Below, piece by piece: positions 26,294 to 35,621 of a stretch of 64,000 bases of DNA (its first letter is position 1; each line of letters starts with the position of its first letter). Made by a program: the position numbers and the translations under genes. Source of the DNA: an uncultured Phycisphaeraceae bacterium. Its GTDB lineage: Bacteria > Planctomycetota > Phycisphaerae > WQYP01. Below the pieces are notes generated by a model. That model made no database searches. It was not told where the DNA came from and saw nothing but the letters and a program-made list of their open reading frames with translations. Location of the stretch: NCBI GenBank assembly GCA_964610975.1, contig CAZSYN010000013.1:1-64000 (forward strand). Reading direction: 5' to 3'.

Positions 26294-27982
26294 ATGAGCC
26301 GTATGCCTCATGACCCGGACATTTTCTCCGCCAACATCAATGCGCTGCGGTCGGTTAATCCGCAGGCGGCCGAGATTGTTAACGCCGCAATCATCCCCGC
26401 CGACTGGCAACTGACCACCGGCACTGACGGCACCCCCACGTATTGCCGACGCATCAATGACGCCAAAATAGAATGGCTTGGCCGCACCTCAATGCCGCGC
26501 ACCTCGGCGCAACCGCTCATGGCCAGCTTAAAGGTTGATCAGGCTATCGGCGTCGGCACGCCTATGGCCAGCGGCCACGAATGGCTCGCCCTTGCCAATC
26601 AATTGCCCCTGTCATTCCCTGTTTATGTTTATGAGCCAGACCCGATACTGGCCAAAATGGCCCTGAGCATCTGCGATCTTTCCGCGCGAATTTCCGCGCT
26701 CAAAATCATCCCGCTCATCGGCCGGGATGCGCCGTCACAACTTGCGTTGATTCTTGAGAATCATATCGGCCTTGAGACGCCGGGCGTGATTCATCCGCTC
26801 CCCTCTTATACCGGAGAAGTCCGCAATCAACTTATTGCGCAGGCGGAACAGATGATCCGCAAAGTCATTGAGCTGCGCTCACAGAAAATCAGCGCCGTGG
26901 CCGAAGCGCTGGCGCACAAACCCTGGCCGGCATGCGATATTCCGCCGCTGGCGGATACGCTCAGTTCACCAGTACCGTCACTGGCATTGATTTACCATCA
27001 TGATGACCAATTGCCGCTGGCTCAGCGCGTCAGCGAGCATAAAATCACCACCATTTATATCAACGATCATCGTTCCGCCAGCGCGCTCATCAGGCTTAAT
27101 TCGCTGCTTGTCAATCAGGTTCAGTGCATTGAGAGCGACCTGCTGCGCAACCAATTAGGCGTGGCGATACCACCAACGCTTTGCGTGCGCACATGGGTTG
27201 CGCCGATTGCTTCCGCGCTCTTCTGGGATCCGTCACGTCTTTCGCCGCAGAACTTCAGCGCGGCCGATCGTTTTATCGTTCACAGCAGCGCGCATGCTCA
27301 GTGGCTCAAGGATGCCGGCGTCCCGGCCGGGCAAATTTGCCTCACGCGCCTGCCGTTTACGCCTGCGCCGCAGCGCCCCCGCCCGGCGCAGGCCCACGAA
27401 GTCTCGCTGATCGCCGATATCCCGTCACTTGACCCGGCCACCTATGACATTCAGCTACCGTCATTTGTCGGTTTGTGGCAGATGCTGCGCAGCCTGATTG
27501 AGGAAGATCCGCTCGGCGTCAACGATGGCATGGTCGCCGATCTGCTCCGGCGCGCCCAGCAAAAAACCGGCGTGCAAATTGCCAACGAACATGTCACCCG
27601 CATTCTTGAACGCGGGATTCTGCATATTTTGTTACCGGGATGCGTGGCCGTCGGTCTGGCAAAAGAACTCAGCGCGGCCGGAATACAGCTTGATCTTATT
27701 GGCGAAGGATGGCAGCAGGCGGGATTGCCGGCCGGCAAAGCCCGAATCCGTAAACCGTTACTTAATCATGATTTCTGGGAAAATTCAGCAGCAGTTATTC
27801 AATGCCACCCGGCCGGTATCGTAACGCCGACTCTTTTACACGCGGCATCGCGAGGTATTGCTATTATAGCAACGTCACATCTCCGTGATGGTCAACCACT
27901 TACGTTAAGCGATTACCTGCCACAGCATGTCCGCGCGCGCAAGCAGCAATTTATTCCCGCGCTCAAGGCCCTGCTCAAATAA
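26294..27982 (+). CDS. Hypothetical protein (562 aa), possible Maf/MptE-like (DUF115) N-terminal region and GT-B-like C-terminal region
   Basis: Start chosen at ATG directly after the terminator (MSRMPHDPDIFSANINALRSVNPQAAEI). The N-terminal pattern resembles DUF115/Maf proteins, but this is a weak recollection-based call. Confidence 0.4.
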   Translation: MSRMPHDPDIFSANINALRSVNPQAAEIVNAAIIPADWQLTTGTDGTPTYCRRINDAKIEWLGRTSMPRTSAQPLMASLKVDQAIGVGTPMASGHEWLALANQLPLSFPVYVYEPDPILAKMALSICDLSARISALKIIPLIGRDAPSQLALILENHIGLETPGVIHPLPSYTGEVRNQLIAQAEQMIRKVIELRSQKISAVAEALAHKPWPACDIPPLADTLSSPVPSLALIYHHDDQLPLAQRVSEHKITTIYINDHRSASALIRLNSLLVNQVQCIESDLLRNQLGVAIPPTLCVRTWVAPIASALFWDPSRLSPQNFSAADRFIVHSSAHAQWLKDAGVPAGQICLTRLPFTPAPQRPRPAQAHEVSLIADIPSLDPATYDIQLPSFVGLWQMLRSLIEEDPLGVNDGMVADLLRRAQQKTGVQIANEHVTRILERGILHILLPGCVAVGLAKELSAAGIQLDLIGEGWQQAGLPAGKARIRKPLLNHDFWENSAAVIQCHPAGIVTPTLLHAASRGIAIIATSHLRDGQPLTLSDYLPQHVRARKQQFIPALKALLK

Positions 27983-28010
27983 ACAACATAAACCTTTTTC
28001 GCCTAATATT

Positions 28011-28958
28011 TTACCACACGGGCATGTCATGCGTATTTCGGTTTGAGCGCGCCGGCTGGCGCGGTTTTTCTGCCGGCGCACGATCACTAGGCATAACCGT
28101 AACTGTCTGAATTGACTCATGTTGCGGTGCAGGTATGAGCGCAGCCGTAGTCTTGAGCGGCGGTGTTACCGAAATTCGGCCGTCAGCACGCTTGCGCATA
28201 GAGAGCATCCAGTCAAAAAGTTCACCCTCGCCGTAGGCGCGATCCCAGCAATTGTGGCCAAGCGCGCCATACTCTGTGTATTTGGCATTGCCGCCGATTT
28301 TGTTGATAGCGTCAACCATGCCATGCGTACCGGCCGCAAGCACAAACATATCGCCCGAATTGTGAAAAGCCCACACAGGAATATCTTTGAGCTGCGGCAC
28401 AACATCCTGTGCGGAAAACGCGCACATCGGCACCAGCGCGGTAAATTCTGATTTATATTTGGCCCCGATGACCCAGGTGCCGTAGCCGCCGGTTGACAGG
28501 CCTGTCAGGTATACGCGCTGATCATCAACGCGGTATTGCTGCTTAACCTCATGCAAAGCGGCGATAGCGTCATACGCGGCCGACGAATCGGCATTCCAGT
28601 AACCATTTTCTGATTGCGGGAAGATGACAATAAACGGAAATGCGCTGGCGCGATCCGCAATGGCCGGGCCCAGGCCGACGCCGAGATTTGAGGTCGCATT
28701 GCTGCCGCCCTCGCCGACGCCATGGAGAAAAACAATCACCGGCCAGGCTTTGGCAGGCGAATAATCGTAAGGGATAAACACCGAATATTTGCGATGACTT
28801 GAGTTGGCGAGCGTCTTAATCGTAAATCCCGCGCCCTGCGGCGCATTGAGATTGCCTTTCTCAATGGTTGACGCGCCGCCGCCGCAACCTGTCACAAGTA
28901 CAAGGAAAAAAGCCATCAGCGGAGCGAAAACCCAAAACTGCCTTCCGTGGCGCACCAT
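28011..28958 (-). CDS. Alpha/beta-hydrolase lipoprotein, esterase/PHB-depolymerase-like (carbohydrate esterase-like)
   Basis: GGGAGG Shine-Dalgarno 8 nt before ATG; lipobox LVTGC; nucleophile elbow GLSTGG; HGVGEGG oxyanion-region. Confidence 0.7.
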   Translation of the reverse strand: MVRHGRQFWVFAPLMAFFLVLVTGCGGGASTIEKGNLNAPQGAGFTIKTLANSSHRKYSVFIPYDYSPAKAWPVIVFLHGVGEGGSNATSNLGVGLGPAIADRASAFPFIVIFPQSENGYWNADSSAAYDAIAALHEVKQQYRVDDQRVYLTGLSTGGYGTWVIGAKYKSEFTALVPMCAFSAQDVVPQLKDIPVWAFHNSGDMFVLAAGTHGMVDAINKIGGNAKYTEYGALGHNCWDRAYGEGELFDWMLSMRKRADGRISVTPPLKTTAALIPAPQHESIQTVTVMPSDRAPAEKPRQPARSNRNTHDMPVW

Positions 28959-29151
28959 GAGCAACCTCCCGGTCAATTAACAGAGATATTGGTCCGCTTA
29001 TTATCGGTAAAAGTGCCAAAAATAGATGATTATCCGCAGCGATAAGTTTGCGAAAAGATCGTATGAAGAAGAAAATAGTACCTAAGGCAACCTGAATCAA
29101 GATAAATTTCAGGCTACTAGCTGTGGGATCAACAATCGCGGAGAGGAACAT

Positions 29152-29958
29152 ATGTCACAAGCACCACACGGATCTGCGGGTCATAACGCTGGCGCGCCAA
29201 CGGGGCATGGTTACGGCCGGCCCGCGGCCGAAAAAGTATATCAGGATCGTCCCGGCGGCGGACCGCCGCCCAAAAGGCAGTTTGTGCATTTTTCCTTCTT
29301 TAAGCTTGACCCGGCATTTCGCCGCCTGCCCATTGCTGAGCAAAGCCAGATGGCGGCCGGGCTGAGCGAACTGGTTGATCAAAATGATCGCAGCAAAATG
29401 ATCCTGCTGACATACTCAACCGTCGGCACACGCGGCGACACGGACTTTATGTTCTGGAAAATAAGCTGGGAACTTGACGAAATTCAGAAGTTCTCCGCCG
29501 CGATCAACCGCCTGCCGATTGCCGGGTACCTGCAAACGCCGCACAGTTTTCTCTCGCAGACCAAGCGCAGCACGTATATTGACAAACTTGACCCATCGCA
29601 TGACGAATCGCGCACAACGATAAAGCCCGGCAAATATAAATATGTTTTTGTTTATCCATTTGTTAAGTCTCGCGAATGGTATCTTCTGCATAAAACAACG
29701 CGCCAGGGTGTTATGGACGAGCACATTGAGATCGGCAATCTGTATCAGTCCGTGCGCTTGAATACCACTTACAGTTTCGGCCTTGACGATCAGGATTTTG
29801 TGGTGGCTTTTGAGACAGAGCACCCGGCCGATTTTCTTGATCTTGTTCAGGCATTGCGCGAAACGGAAGGCAGCAAATATACCGTGCGTGATACACCGAT
29901 TATAAGCTGCGTTCAAACGCCGATGCGCGAGATCATGTCGCAACTGGCGGCGGTTTAA
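29152..29958 (+). CDS. Chlorite dismutase family protein / coproheme decarboxylase (HemQ-like)
   Basis: 268 aa; SFGLDDQDFVVAFETE and surrounding blocks typical of Cld/HemQ; GGAGAGG Shine-Dalgarno. Confidence 0.75.
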   Translation: MSQAPHGSAGHNAGAPTGHGYGRPAAEKVYQDRPGGGPPPKRQFVHFSFFKLDPAFRRLPIAEQSQMAAGLSELVDQNDRSKMILLTYSTVGTRGDTDFMFWKISWELDEIQKFSAAINRLPIAGYLQTPHSFLSQTKRSTYIDKLDPSHDESRTTIKPGKYKYVFVYPFVKSREWYLLHKTTRQGVMDEHIEIGNLYQSVRLNTTYSFGLDDQDFVVAFETEHPADFLDLVQALRETEGSKYTVRDTPIISCVQTPMREIMSQLAAV

Positions 29959-29971
29959 GAATCACCGAGGG

Positions 29972-30062
29972 CAAACGCGAAAGACGAACCGCCAAACGCG
30001 AAACACAGACCGTTCTTTTAACTCATAAGGTTTCGCGTTTTGAGTTTCGTGATTCGCGTTTT
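29972..30062. repeat. Palindromic ACGCGAAA-unit element (family copy 2 of 3)
   Basis: CAAACGCGAAAGACGAACCGCCAAACGCGAAAC ... GTTTCGCGTTTTGAGTTTCGTGATTCGCGTTTT between convergent genes. Confidence 0.75.
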
Positions 30063-30160
30063 ATGAGTTGCTTTTGTTGTTATCTTCTCAGTACTCTCGG
30101 CGGTTAATTTTTGTCCTGTGTATTTTTATCTGTGTGAATCTGCGTTCATCTGCGGCTGAT

Positions 30161-31330
30161 TTATTCACCGAGTTTCGCGGCCGCGGCGAGATACGCATTG
30201 TAGTTTTGCTGCATTTCGGCCAGCGAATCGCCGCCGAATTTTTCCACAAGCGCCCGAGCGATCTCAAAGGCGACGACGCACTCAAAAATCACGCTTGCGG
30301 CCGAGATAGCGGAAATATCAGAGCGTTCCCATCCGGCTTCGGATGATTTTTTATTAATCAGGTCAACGCTTGCCAGCGGTTTGCCGAGAGTGGATATCGG
30401 CTTCATGGCCGCACGCACGACTACCGGTTGCCCGTTGGTCATGCCGCCCTCAATGCCGCCGGCGTTGTTGCTGCTGCGCGTGAACCCGAGCGCGGGCGTG
30501 TTGCGCAAAGCAGGATCATAGCCAATCGGGTCATGAACTTTTGAGCCGGGCAGGCGCGTGACGCCAAAACCCATGCCAAACTCAACGCCCTTAAAGGCCT
30601 GAATGCCGATGGCTGCCGCGGCAATGCGGGAATCAAGTCGGCCATCCCAGCTTACGCACGTCCCCAGGCCGATCGGGCAGCCGAAAATGTGGCACTCAAC
30701 GATGCCGCCGGCGGTATCTTTGGCCATTTTCTGATCGTTGATGAAGTTGCGCATGGCCTCGTCTGTTTTGGCGTCCGGGCAATATACTTCAGAAGCATCG
30801 CGTGTTTTTTGCAGGTCAGGCCAGTTTTGCGGAGTCACCGCAAAATCACCGACCACATCGCCCACGCCGCGGACAAAGCCAAAAACGTCAATGTTAAATT
30901 GCTTCAGAAGGCATTTTGCCAGCGCTCCGGCTGCCACGCGCGAAGCGGTTTCGCGCGCCGAAGCGCGCTCAAGAACTTCCCGGCAATCCGTCGTCAACCA
31001 CTTCATGGCCCCGGCCAGGTCGGCATGACCCGGACGCGGACGCGTCAGCGGCGGCGTCAGTGACGGATCATCAAGACGATTATCGCGATTCTCAACCATC
31101 AGCGTGATCGGCGAGCCGATGGTGACATTGCGCCGAACACCGGTGAGGAAGCGCACGGTATCTTTTTCAATTTTTTGCCGGCCACCGCGGCCATAGCCGC
31201 CCTGCCGCCGCTGCAATTCACCGTTGATCAGGTCAGCATCAACCGGACAGCCATGCGGAAAGCCCTCAACGAAGGCAATCAGCGCAGGGCCGTGAGATTC
31301 GCCAGCAGAACGATAAGTTAAGGTAGCCAT
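30161..31330 (-). CDS. aroC: Chorismate synthase
   Basis: MATLTYRSAGESHGPALIAFVEGFP N-terminus, GRSSARETA-like and FMN-binding blocks; ~389 aa. Confidence 0.9.
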   Translation of the reverse strand: MATLTYRSAGESHGPALIAFVEGFPHGCPVDADLINGELQRRQGGYGRGGRQKIEKDTVRFLTGVRRNVTIGSPITLMVENRDNRLDDPSLTPPLTRPRPGHADLAGAMKWLTTDCREVLERASARETASRVAAGALAKCLLKQFNIDVFGFVRGVGDVVGDFAVTPQNWPDLQKTRDASEVYCPDAKTDEAMRNFINDQKMAKDTAGGIVECHIFGCPIGLGTCVSWDGRLDSRIAAAAIGIQAFKGVEFGMGFGVTRLPGSKVHDPIGYDPALRNTPALGFTRSSNNAGGIEGGMTNGQPVVVRAAMKPISTLGKPLASVDLINKKSSEAGWERSDISAISAASVIFECVVAFEIARALVEKFGGDSLAEMQQNYNAYLAAAAKLGE

Positions 31331-31443
31331 AGTGAAGTCAGTATACAGGGAACAGGAAATGACGAAAAGCGACATGATAAACGTTGATTATCATGTGCTG
31401 ACCACGACATTTTACCCCTTTTTAGTCGTGATTACCCCGTTGC

Positions 31444-33006
31444 TTAGTGCACATCAACCGGCCCTTTGCGCGTATGTGCTTTTTTGAACAGCATGACAAA
31501 AGGAATCGCCAACACGCACAGGATGGCCAGCAGGCGGAACACGCTGATATATCCCCACACGGCCGACTGGCTCACAAGTGTGCCATAGAGCACGCCATAC
31601 GCTTGCGATGTGGGCATGTGCTGGCTGAGTGCGGAAAGTTGCTGGCGAAACGGAGCATCATAGGGCGTCATGTGGGTGACAAGCACGGCCTGATGAGTCT
31701 GCGCCTGGCGCGTGACAAGCGTCGTCACCATTGAGATGCCGATGCTGCCGCCCAGGTTGCGCATCAAATTATAAAGGCCAGTCGCATTGCCCATTTCTTC
31801 AATTTTCAGAGTGGCGGTGGTGGTGACGCTCAGCGGGACAAACATCAAGCTCACGGCCGCGCCGCCGACGATCAACGACCATGTGACGTTCATACTTGAT
31901 ACATCAAGGCTGATTTGCCCCAGCAGCAAACATGAATAAGCCAGCAGCAACAGGCCGCTGGTAATCAGGATGCGCGTATCAATCAACCCGACAAGCCGGC
32001 TGACAATCAAAATGGCAATCAGCGAGCCAAAACCGCGCGGCGAAGAAGTCAGGCCTGACTGCATGGCGGTATATCCGAGAGAGCCCTGAAGAAACATCGG
32101 CACCAGCGAAACCGTGCCGTAAAGCACGATGCCGACAATGGTCACCAGCAGTACGCCAGTGGCAAAATTGCGGTTTCGGAAAACCTTCAGGTTCACCAGG
32201 GGCTCATCAATCATCAGCTCGCGAATGATAAAAGCGATAAATGCGACGGCGGAGATCACGCTGAACCAGACAATCCACGGCGTGCCGAACCAGTCTTCCT
32301 CCTGGCCTTTATCAAGGACAATCTGAAAAGTCGCAAGCCAGATGGCCAGGAAACCAAAGCCCCACAAGTCAATGCGGCCCGGTTTGCTGTTGCGGATGTG
32401 CGGAGGATCATGAATAAAGGACATGATCATCAGCGCGGCGATGATGCCTACAGGAATATTGATATAAAAGACCCACCGCCAGGAATAATTGTCGGTGATG
32501 TATCCGCCGACAGTCGGGCCGATGATCGGGGCGAAAATAATGCCCATCGTATAGGCGGCCATAGCCTGTCCGCGTTTATGCAGCGGAAAACTCTCAAGCA
32601 AAATAGCCTGCGCTATCGGCTGAAGCGCGCCCCCGCCGGCGCCTTGCAGAATGCGCGCGATGATCAACATCGGCAGCGAAGTGGCCGCGCCGCAGAGAAA
32701 GCTTGAGAAAGTAAAGAGGCAAATGCAAAAGAGCAGAAAGTTTTTGCGGCCAAAAACGCGGCCAAGCCATCCGGTCATCGGTAAAACGATGGCGTTGCTG
32801 ACGAGATAACTGGTCAGCACCCAGGTTGATTCGTCCGTCGATGCCGAAAGGCTGCCGGCAATATGCGGCAATGCCACATTTGCCACGGAAGTATCAAGAA
32901 CCTCCATGAATGTTCCGAGCATGACGGTCACGGTAATCAGCCACGGATTAACCGCGGGACGATCGGCCGAATCAAGTAATCGCGGTTGTGTTAATGCTGA
33001 GGACAT
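31444..33006 (-). CDS. MFS transporter, DHA2 (EmrB/QacA) family drug efflux
   Basis: 14-TM profile; MFS motif A-like GRVFGRKN; start ATG MSSALTQPR. Confidence 0.85.
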   Translation of the reverse strand: MSSALTQPRLLDSADRPAVNPWLITVTVMLGTFMEVLDTSVANVALPHIAGSLSASTDESTWVLTSYLVSNAIVLPMTGWLGRVFGRKNFLLFCICLFTFSSFLCGAATSLPMLIIARILQGAGGGALQPIAQAILLESFPLHKRGQAMAAYTMGIIFAPIIGPTVGGYITDNYSWRWVFYINIPVGIIAALMIMSFIHDPPHIRNSKPGRIDLWGFGFLAIWLATFQIVLDKGQEEDWFGTPWIVWFSVISAVAFIAFIIRELMIDEPLVNLKVFRNRNFATGVLLVTIVGIVLYGTVSLVPMFLQGSLGYTAMQSGLTSSPRGFGSLIAILIVSRLVGLIDTRILITSGLLLLAYSCLLLGQISLDVSSMNVTWSLIVGGAAVSLMFVPLSVTTTATLKIEEMGNATGLYNLMRNLGGSIGISMVTTLVTRQAQTHQAVLVTHMTPYDAPFRQQLSALSQHMPTSQAYGVLYGTLVSQSAVWGYISVFRLLAILCVLAIPFVMLFKKAHTRKGPVDVH

Positions 33007-33120
33007 AGGGCGAACCTTGCCGCGCGGCAAAGAAACAAAAGAAAGCAAAAGGGTAAAACGCGGTGGCACAGATATGAACAGATCACAAAATCCGTGTCAC
33101 CGCATCACAAAAGTGGTTTG

Positions 33121-34296
33121 TTATTTCAGAGAAACTTCCGGTTCAACGCTCATGCCCGGGCCGAGGACATATTTTTCGGCCGGGAGATCATCAAAAACAA
33201 TTTTGACCGGCACGCGCTGAACCACCTTGACGTAGTTACCCGTGGCATTTTCCGGCGGAAGCAGGCTAAAGCGCGCGCCCGAACCACCCTGAATGGAGTC
33301 TACGTGACCCGGAATTTTGAGATCCGGGTAGGCGTCAACATGTATGTCAACGCGCTGTCCGGGGCGCATATGCGCAAGTTGAGTTTCCTTAAAATTGGCC
33401 GTGACCCATAAATCAGGCGACACAAGCGCCATAAGCGGCTGTCCGGGCGCGATATAATCGCCAGGCTCAACACTTTTTTTGGTCACGCGGCCTGATTCCG
33501 CCGCGTAAACGTGCGTATAGGAAAGTTTAAGTTTGGCGGCGTCAACGGCCGTCTGCGCTTCTTTGATCGTGGCGGCATCGGAAGCAAGTTTGCTCTCGGC
33601 CGCGGTAAGCAACGCCTTTGCCCCGGCGATTTTTGACTGATCAACAAGAACCGCTTTCTGCGATGCGTTGACTGTGGCCTGGCGGGTAGCAACTTCCGTC
33701 ACGATGCGCTGCCATTCAGTGGTTGACACCACGCCGGAATTACGCGCAATCTGATAACTTGCCAGATCGGCTTTGGCGCGGGCAAGCTCAGCCTCATCTG
33801 ATTTGAGTTTGGCCTGATCCTGCTCAATGAGTGCCTGCGCCTCGCCAACGGAAGCGCGTGATTTTTCAATCAATCCCGGCGTCATCTGTGCGGAAGCTCT
33901 GGCCGATTCGAGTTTGGCCTGCGCCTGATCAAGCACAACCTGATAATCATGCGGATCAAGCTCAAGCAACAGATCGCCAGTTTTTACGTCCTGGTTATCA
34001 GTAATGTACACGCGCTCAACGTGGCCGGTGATGCGCGGCGAAACCTGAACGATATGCCCATCAATAAAGGCATCATCTGTTGATTCATGCACTGCGGCCC
34101 ACTGCCACCATTTATATCCGGCAATGCTAGCCACAATGACTCCCGCCACGCCAAGAACGGATAACACGTGACGCTTACGCAATCGACGCGTTTTTGATCG
34201 CGGAGCCAGATCCGCTGATTTCTGGCAATCAACAGAGGACATGTCGGCCGCGGCCAAACTCGTATTTTTTTGATCTTCAATGTCAGTCATAGTCAT
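33121..34296 (-). CDS. HlyD family membrane-fusion (EmrA-like) secretion protein
   Basis: N-terminal TM, long coiled-coil, C-terminal beta-barrel domain; immediately upstream of the MFS gene. Confidence 0.85.
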   Translation of the reverse strand: MTMTDIEDQKNTSLAAADMSSVDCQKSADLAPRSKTRRLRKRHVLSVLGVAGVIVASIAGYKWWQWAAVHESTDDAFIDGHIVQVSPRITGHVERVYITDNQDVKTGDLLLELDPHDYQVVLDQAQAKLESARASAQMTPGLIEKSRASVGEAQALIEQDQAKLKSDEAELARAKADLASYQIARNSGVVSTTEWQRIVTEVATRQATVNASQKAVLVDQSKIAGAKALLTAAESKLASDAATIKEAQTAVDAAKLKLSYTHVYAAESGRVTKKSVEPGDYIAPGQPLMALVSPDLWVTANFKETQLAHMRPGQRVDIHVDAYPDLKIPGHVDSIQGGSGARFSLLPPENATGNYVKVVQRVPVKIVFDDLPAEKYVLGPGMSVEPEVSLK

Positions 34297-34390
34297 GATT
34301 ACTCTCACAGCACCTGCTTAATTTGTTGGCGTATAGTACGGCACCTAATTATATACGCGTGATTAATGATTATAGCATGCAAAGCAGAAA

Positions 34391-34927
34391 TCATGAAGAA
34401 CAGTTTTGTGAGCGGGGAATTTCGGGGAGGGTCATGGCGAGGCGACCAAGTATTTCGCTAAGCTGAATTTTATCTTCGTCTGAAATACCGGAGAGCAATT
34501 GGCGTATCAGGCGAAAATATTCCGGCATGATATCACTGAGAAACGTGTGGCCAGCTTGCGTCAGGCGAACCTGAAGCATGCGTCGATCGGCGGGTACGGC
34601 CTCTCGCGCGATAAGGCCTTCGCGCTCAAGGCCATCAAGCAAACCGGTCATCGTCGCGCGCGTAACTCCTGATTTATCAGCAAGTTCACACGGATTAAGG
34701 GGCTGATCCGGAGTGCGGTTCAGGATGGCCAGCACCGTGAAGCGGCCACGGCTCATCTGGTGATGCGTCAGGTAATCATCAAGATGCATCAGCAAATCAG
34801 TGGTTACCCTTGCCAAAATCAGATAAGTGCTCAGCGCGTGAGTATCAACATCCGGATAGCGCTGGGCCATCATCTTGATGGTTTCGTGTTTCGGTAAATC
34901 ACGTAACGTGAAGGGTTGACTGGTCAT
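34391..34927 (-). CDS. MarR family transcriptional regulator
   Basis: Winged-helix core LNPCELADKSGVTRATMTGLLDGLEREGLIAR; first gene of the marR-hlyD-MFS operon. Confidence 0.85.
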   Translation of the reverse strand: MTSQPFTLRDLPKHETIKMMAQRYPDVDTHALSTYLILARVTTDLLMHLDDYLTHHQMSRGRFTVLAILNRTPDQPLNPCELADKSGVTRATMTGLLDGLEREGLIAREAVPADRRMLQVRLTQAGHTFLSDIMPEYFRLIRQLLSGISDEDKIQLSEILGRLAMTLPEIPRSQNCSS

Positions 34928-34990
34928 ATATGAATTATTAGGGCGCTAACTATCACTGTCAAGAAAATAGAGGCCTGACAATGAGAAAGG

Positions 34991-35368
34991 TTATGACTCA
35001 ATGGTTTTGTGCATGACGACTTCGGCCACTTTGTTTTTCGGGCCGACGATCACCACGCGCGATGCGTGCTGCTGAATTTCTTCCGGCGTAGCCTGAACCC
35101 AGGTCATGACGATGATTTTGTGGCCCACGGCCGTAAGGCGCGCGGCCGCGCCGTTGATGCCGATGATGCCGGTGCCGCGTTCGCCCGGGATGATATAAGT
35201 CTCAAAACGATTACCGTTATCACAATCAGCAATCATGACGGATTCGTTAATCAACATGCCGCTGGCATCAAGCAGATCACGATCAATGGTGATGCTGCCG
35301 TGATAATTCAGATCCGTCATGGTAACGGTGGCGTGGTGAAGTTTGGCTTTAAGCAGTTTTGTTAGCAT
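34991..35368 (-). CDS. panD: Aspartate 1-decarboxylase
   Basis: 125 aa; MLTKLLKAKLHHATVT and self-cleavage site region YHGSITID. Confidence 0.9.
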   Translation of the reverse strand: MLTKLLKAKLHHATVTMTDLNYHGSITIDRDLLDASGMLINESVMIADCDNGNRFETYIIPGERGTGIIGINGAAARLTAVGHKIIVMTWVQATPEEIQQHASRVVIVGPKNKVAEVVMHKTIES

Positions 35369-35621
35369 CGTTCTTTGTCACAACTCCAAAATCAGCGCAA
35401 GGATTCAGTATACCCAAAAACAGGAGCGATGCCCAAATATCACAATTACGAAACTTTTGCGTGTCATCGGGGTAATTCATACAATGCGAGACTGATAACC
35501 CTTAACGTGATTGTTTCAGACGCACGATGGCAGCCCCGCTTGGTGCGGAAGTTCGGCCTACCTTCTGCTGTTATGAGCATCCTGAAAATCATCAGGTCAA
35601 TGGCCTGAGGAGATAGTGGTC

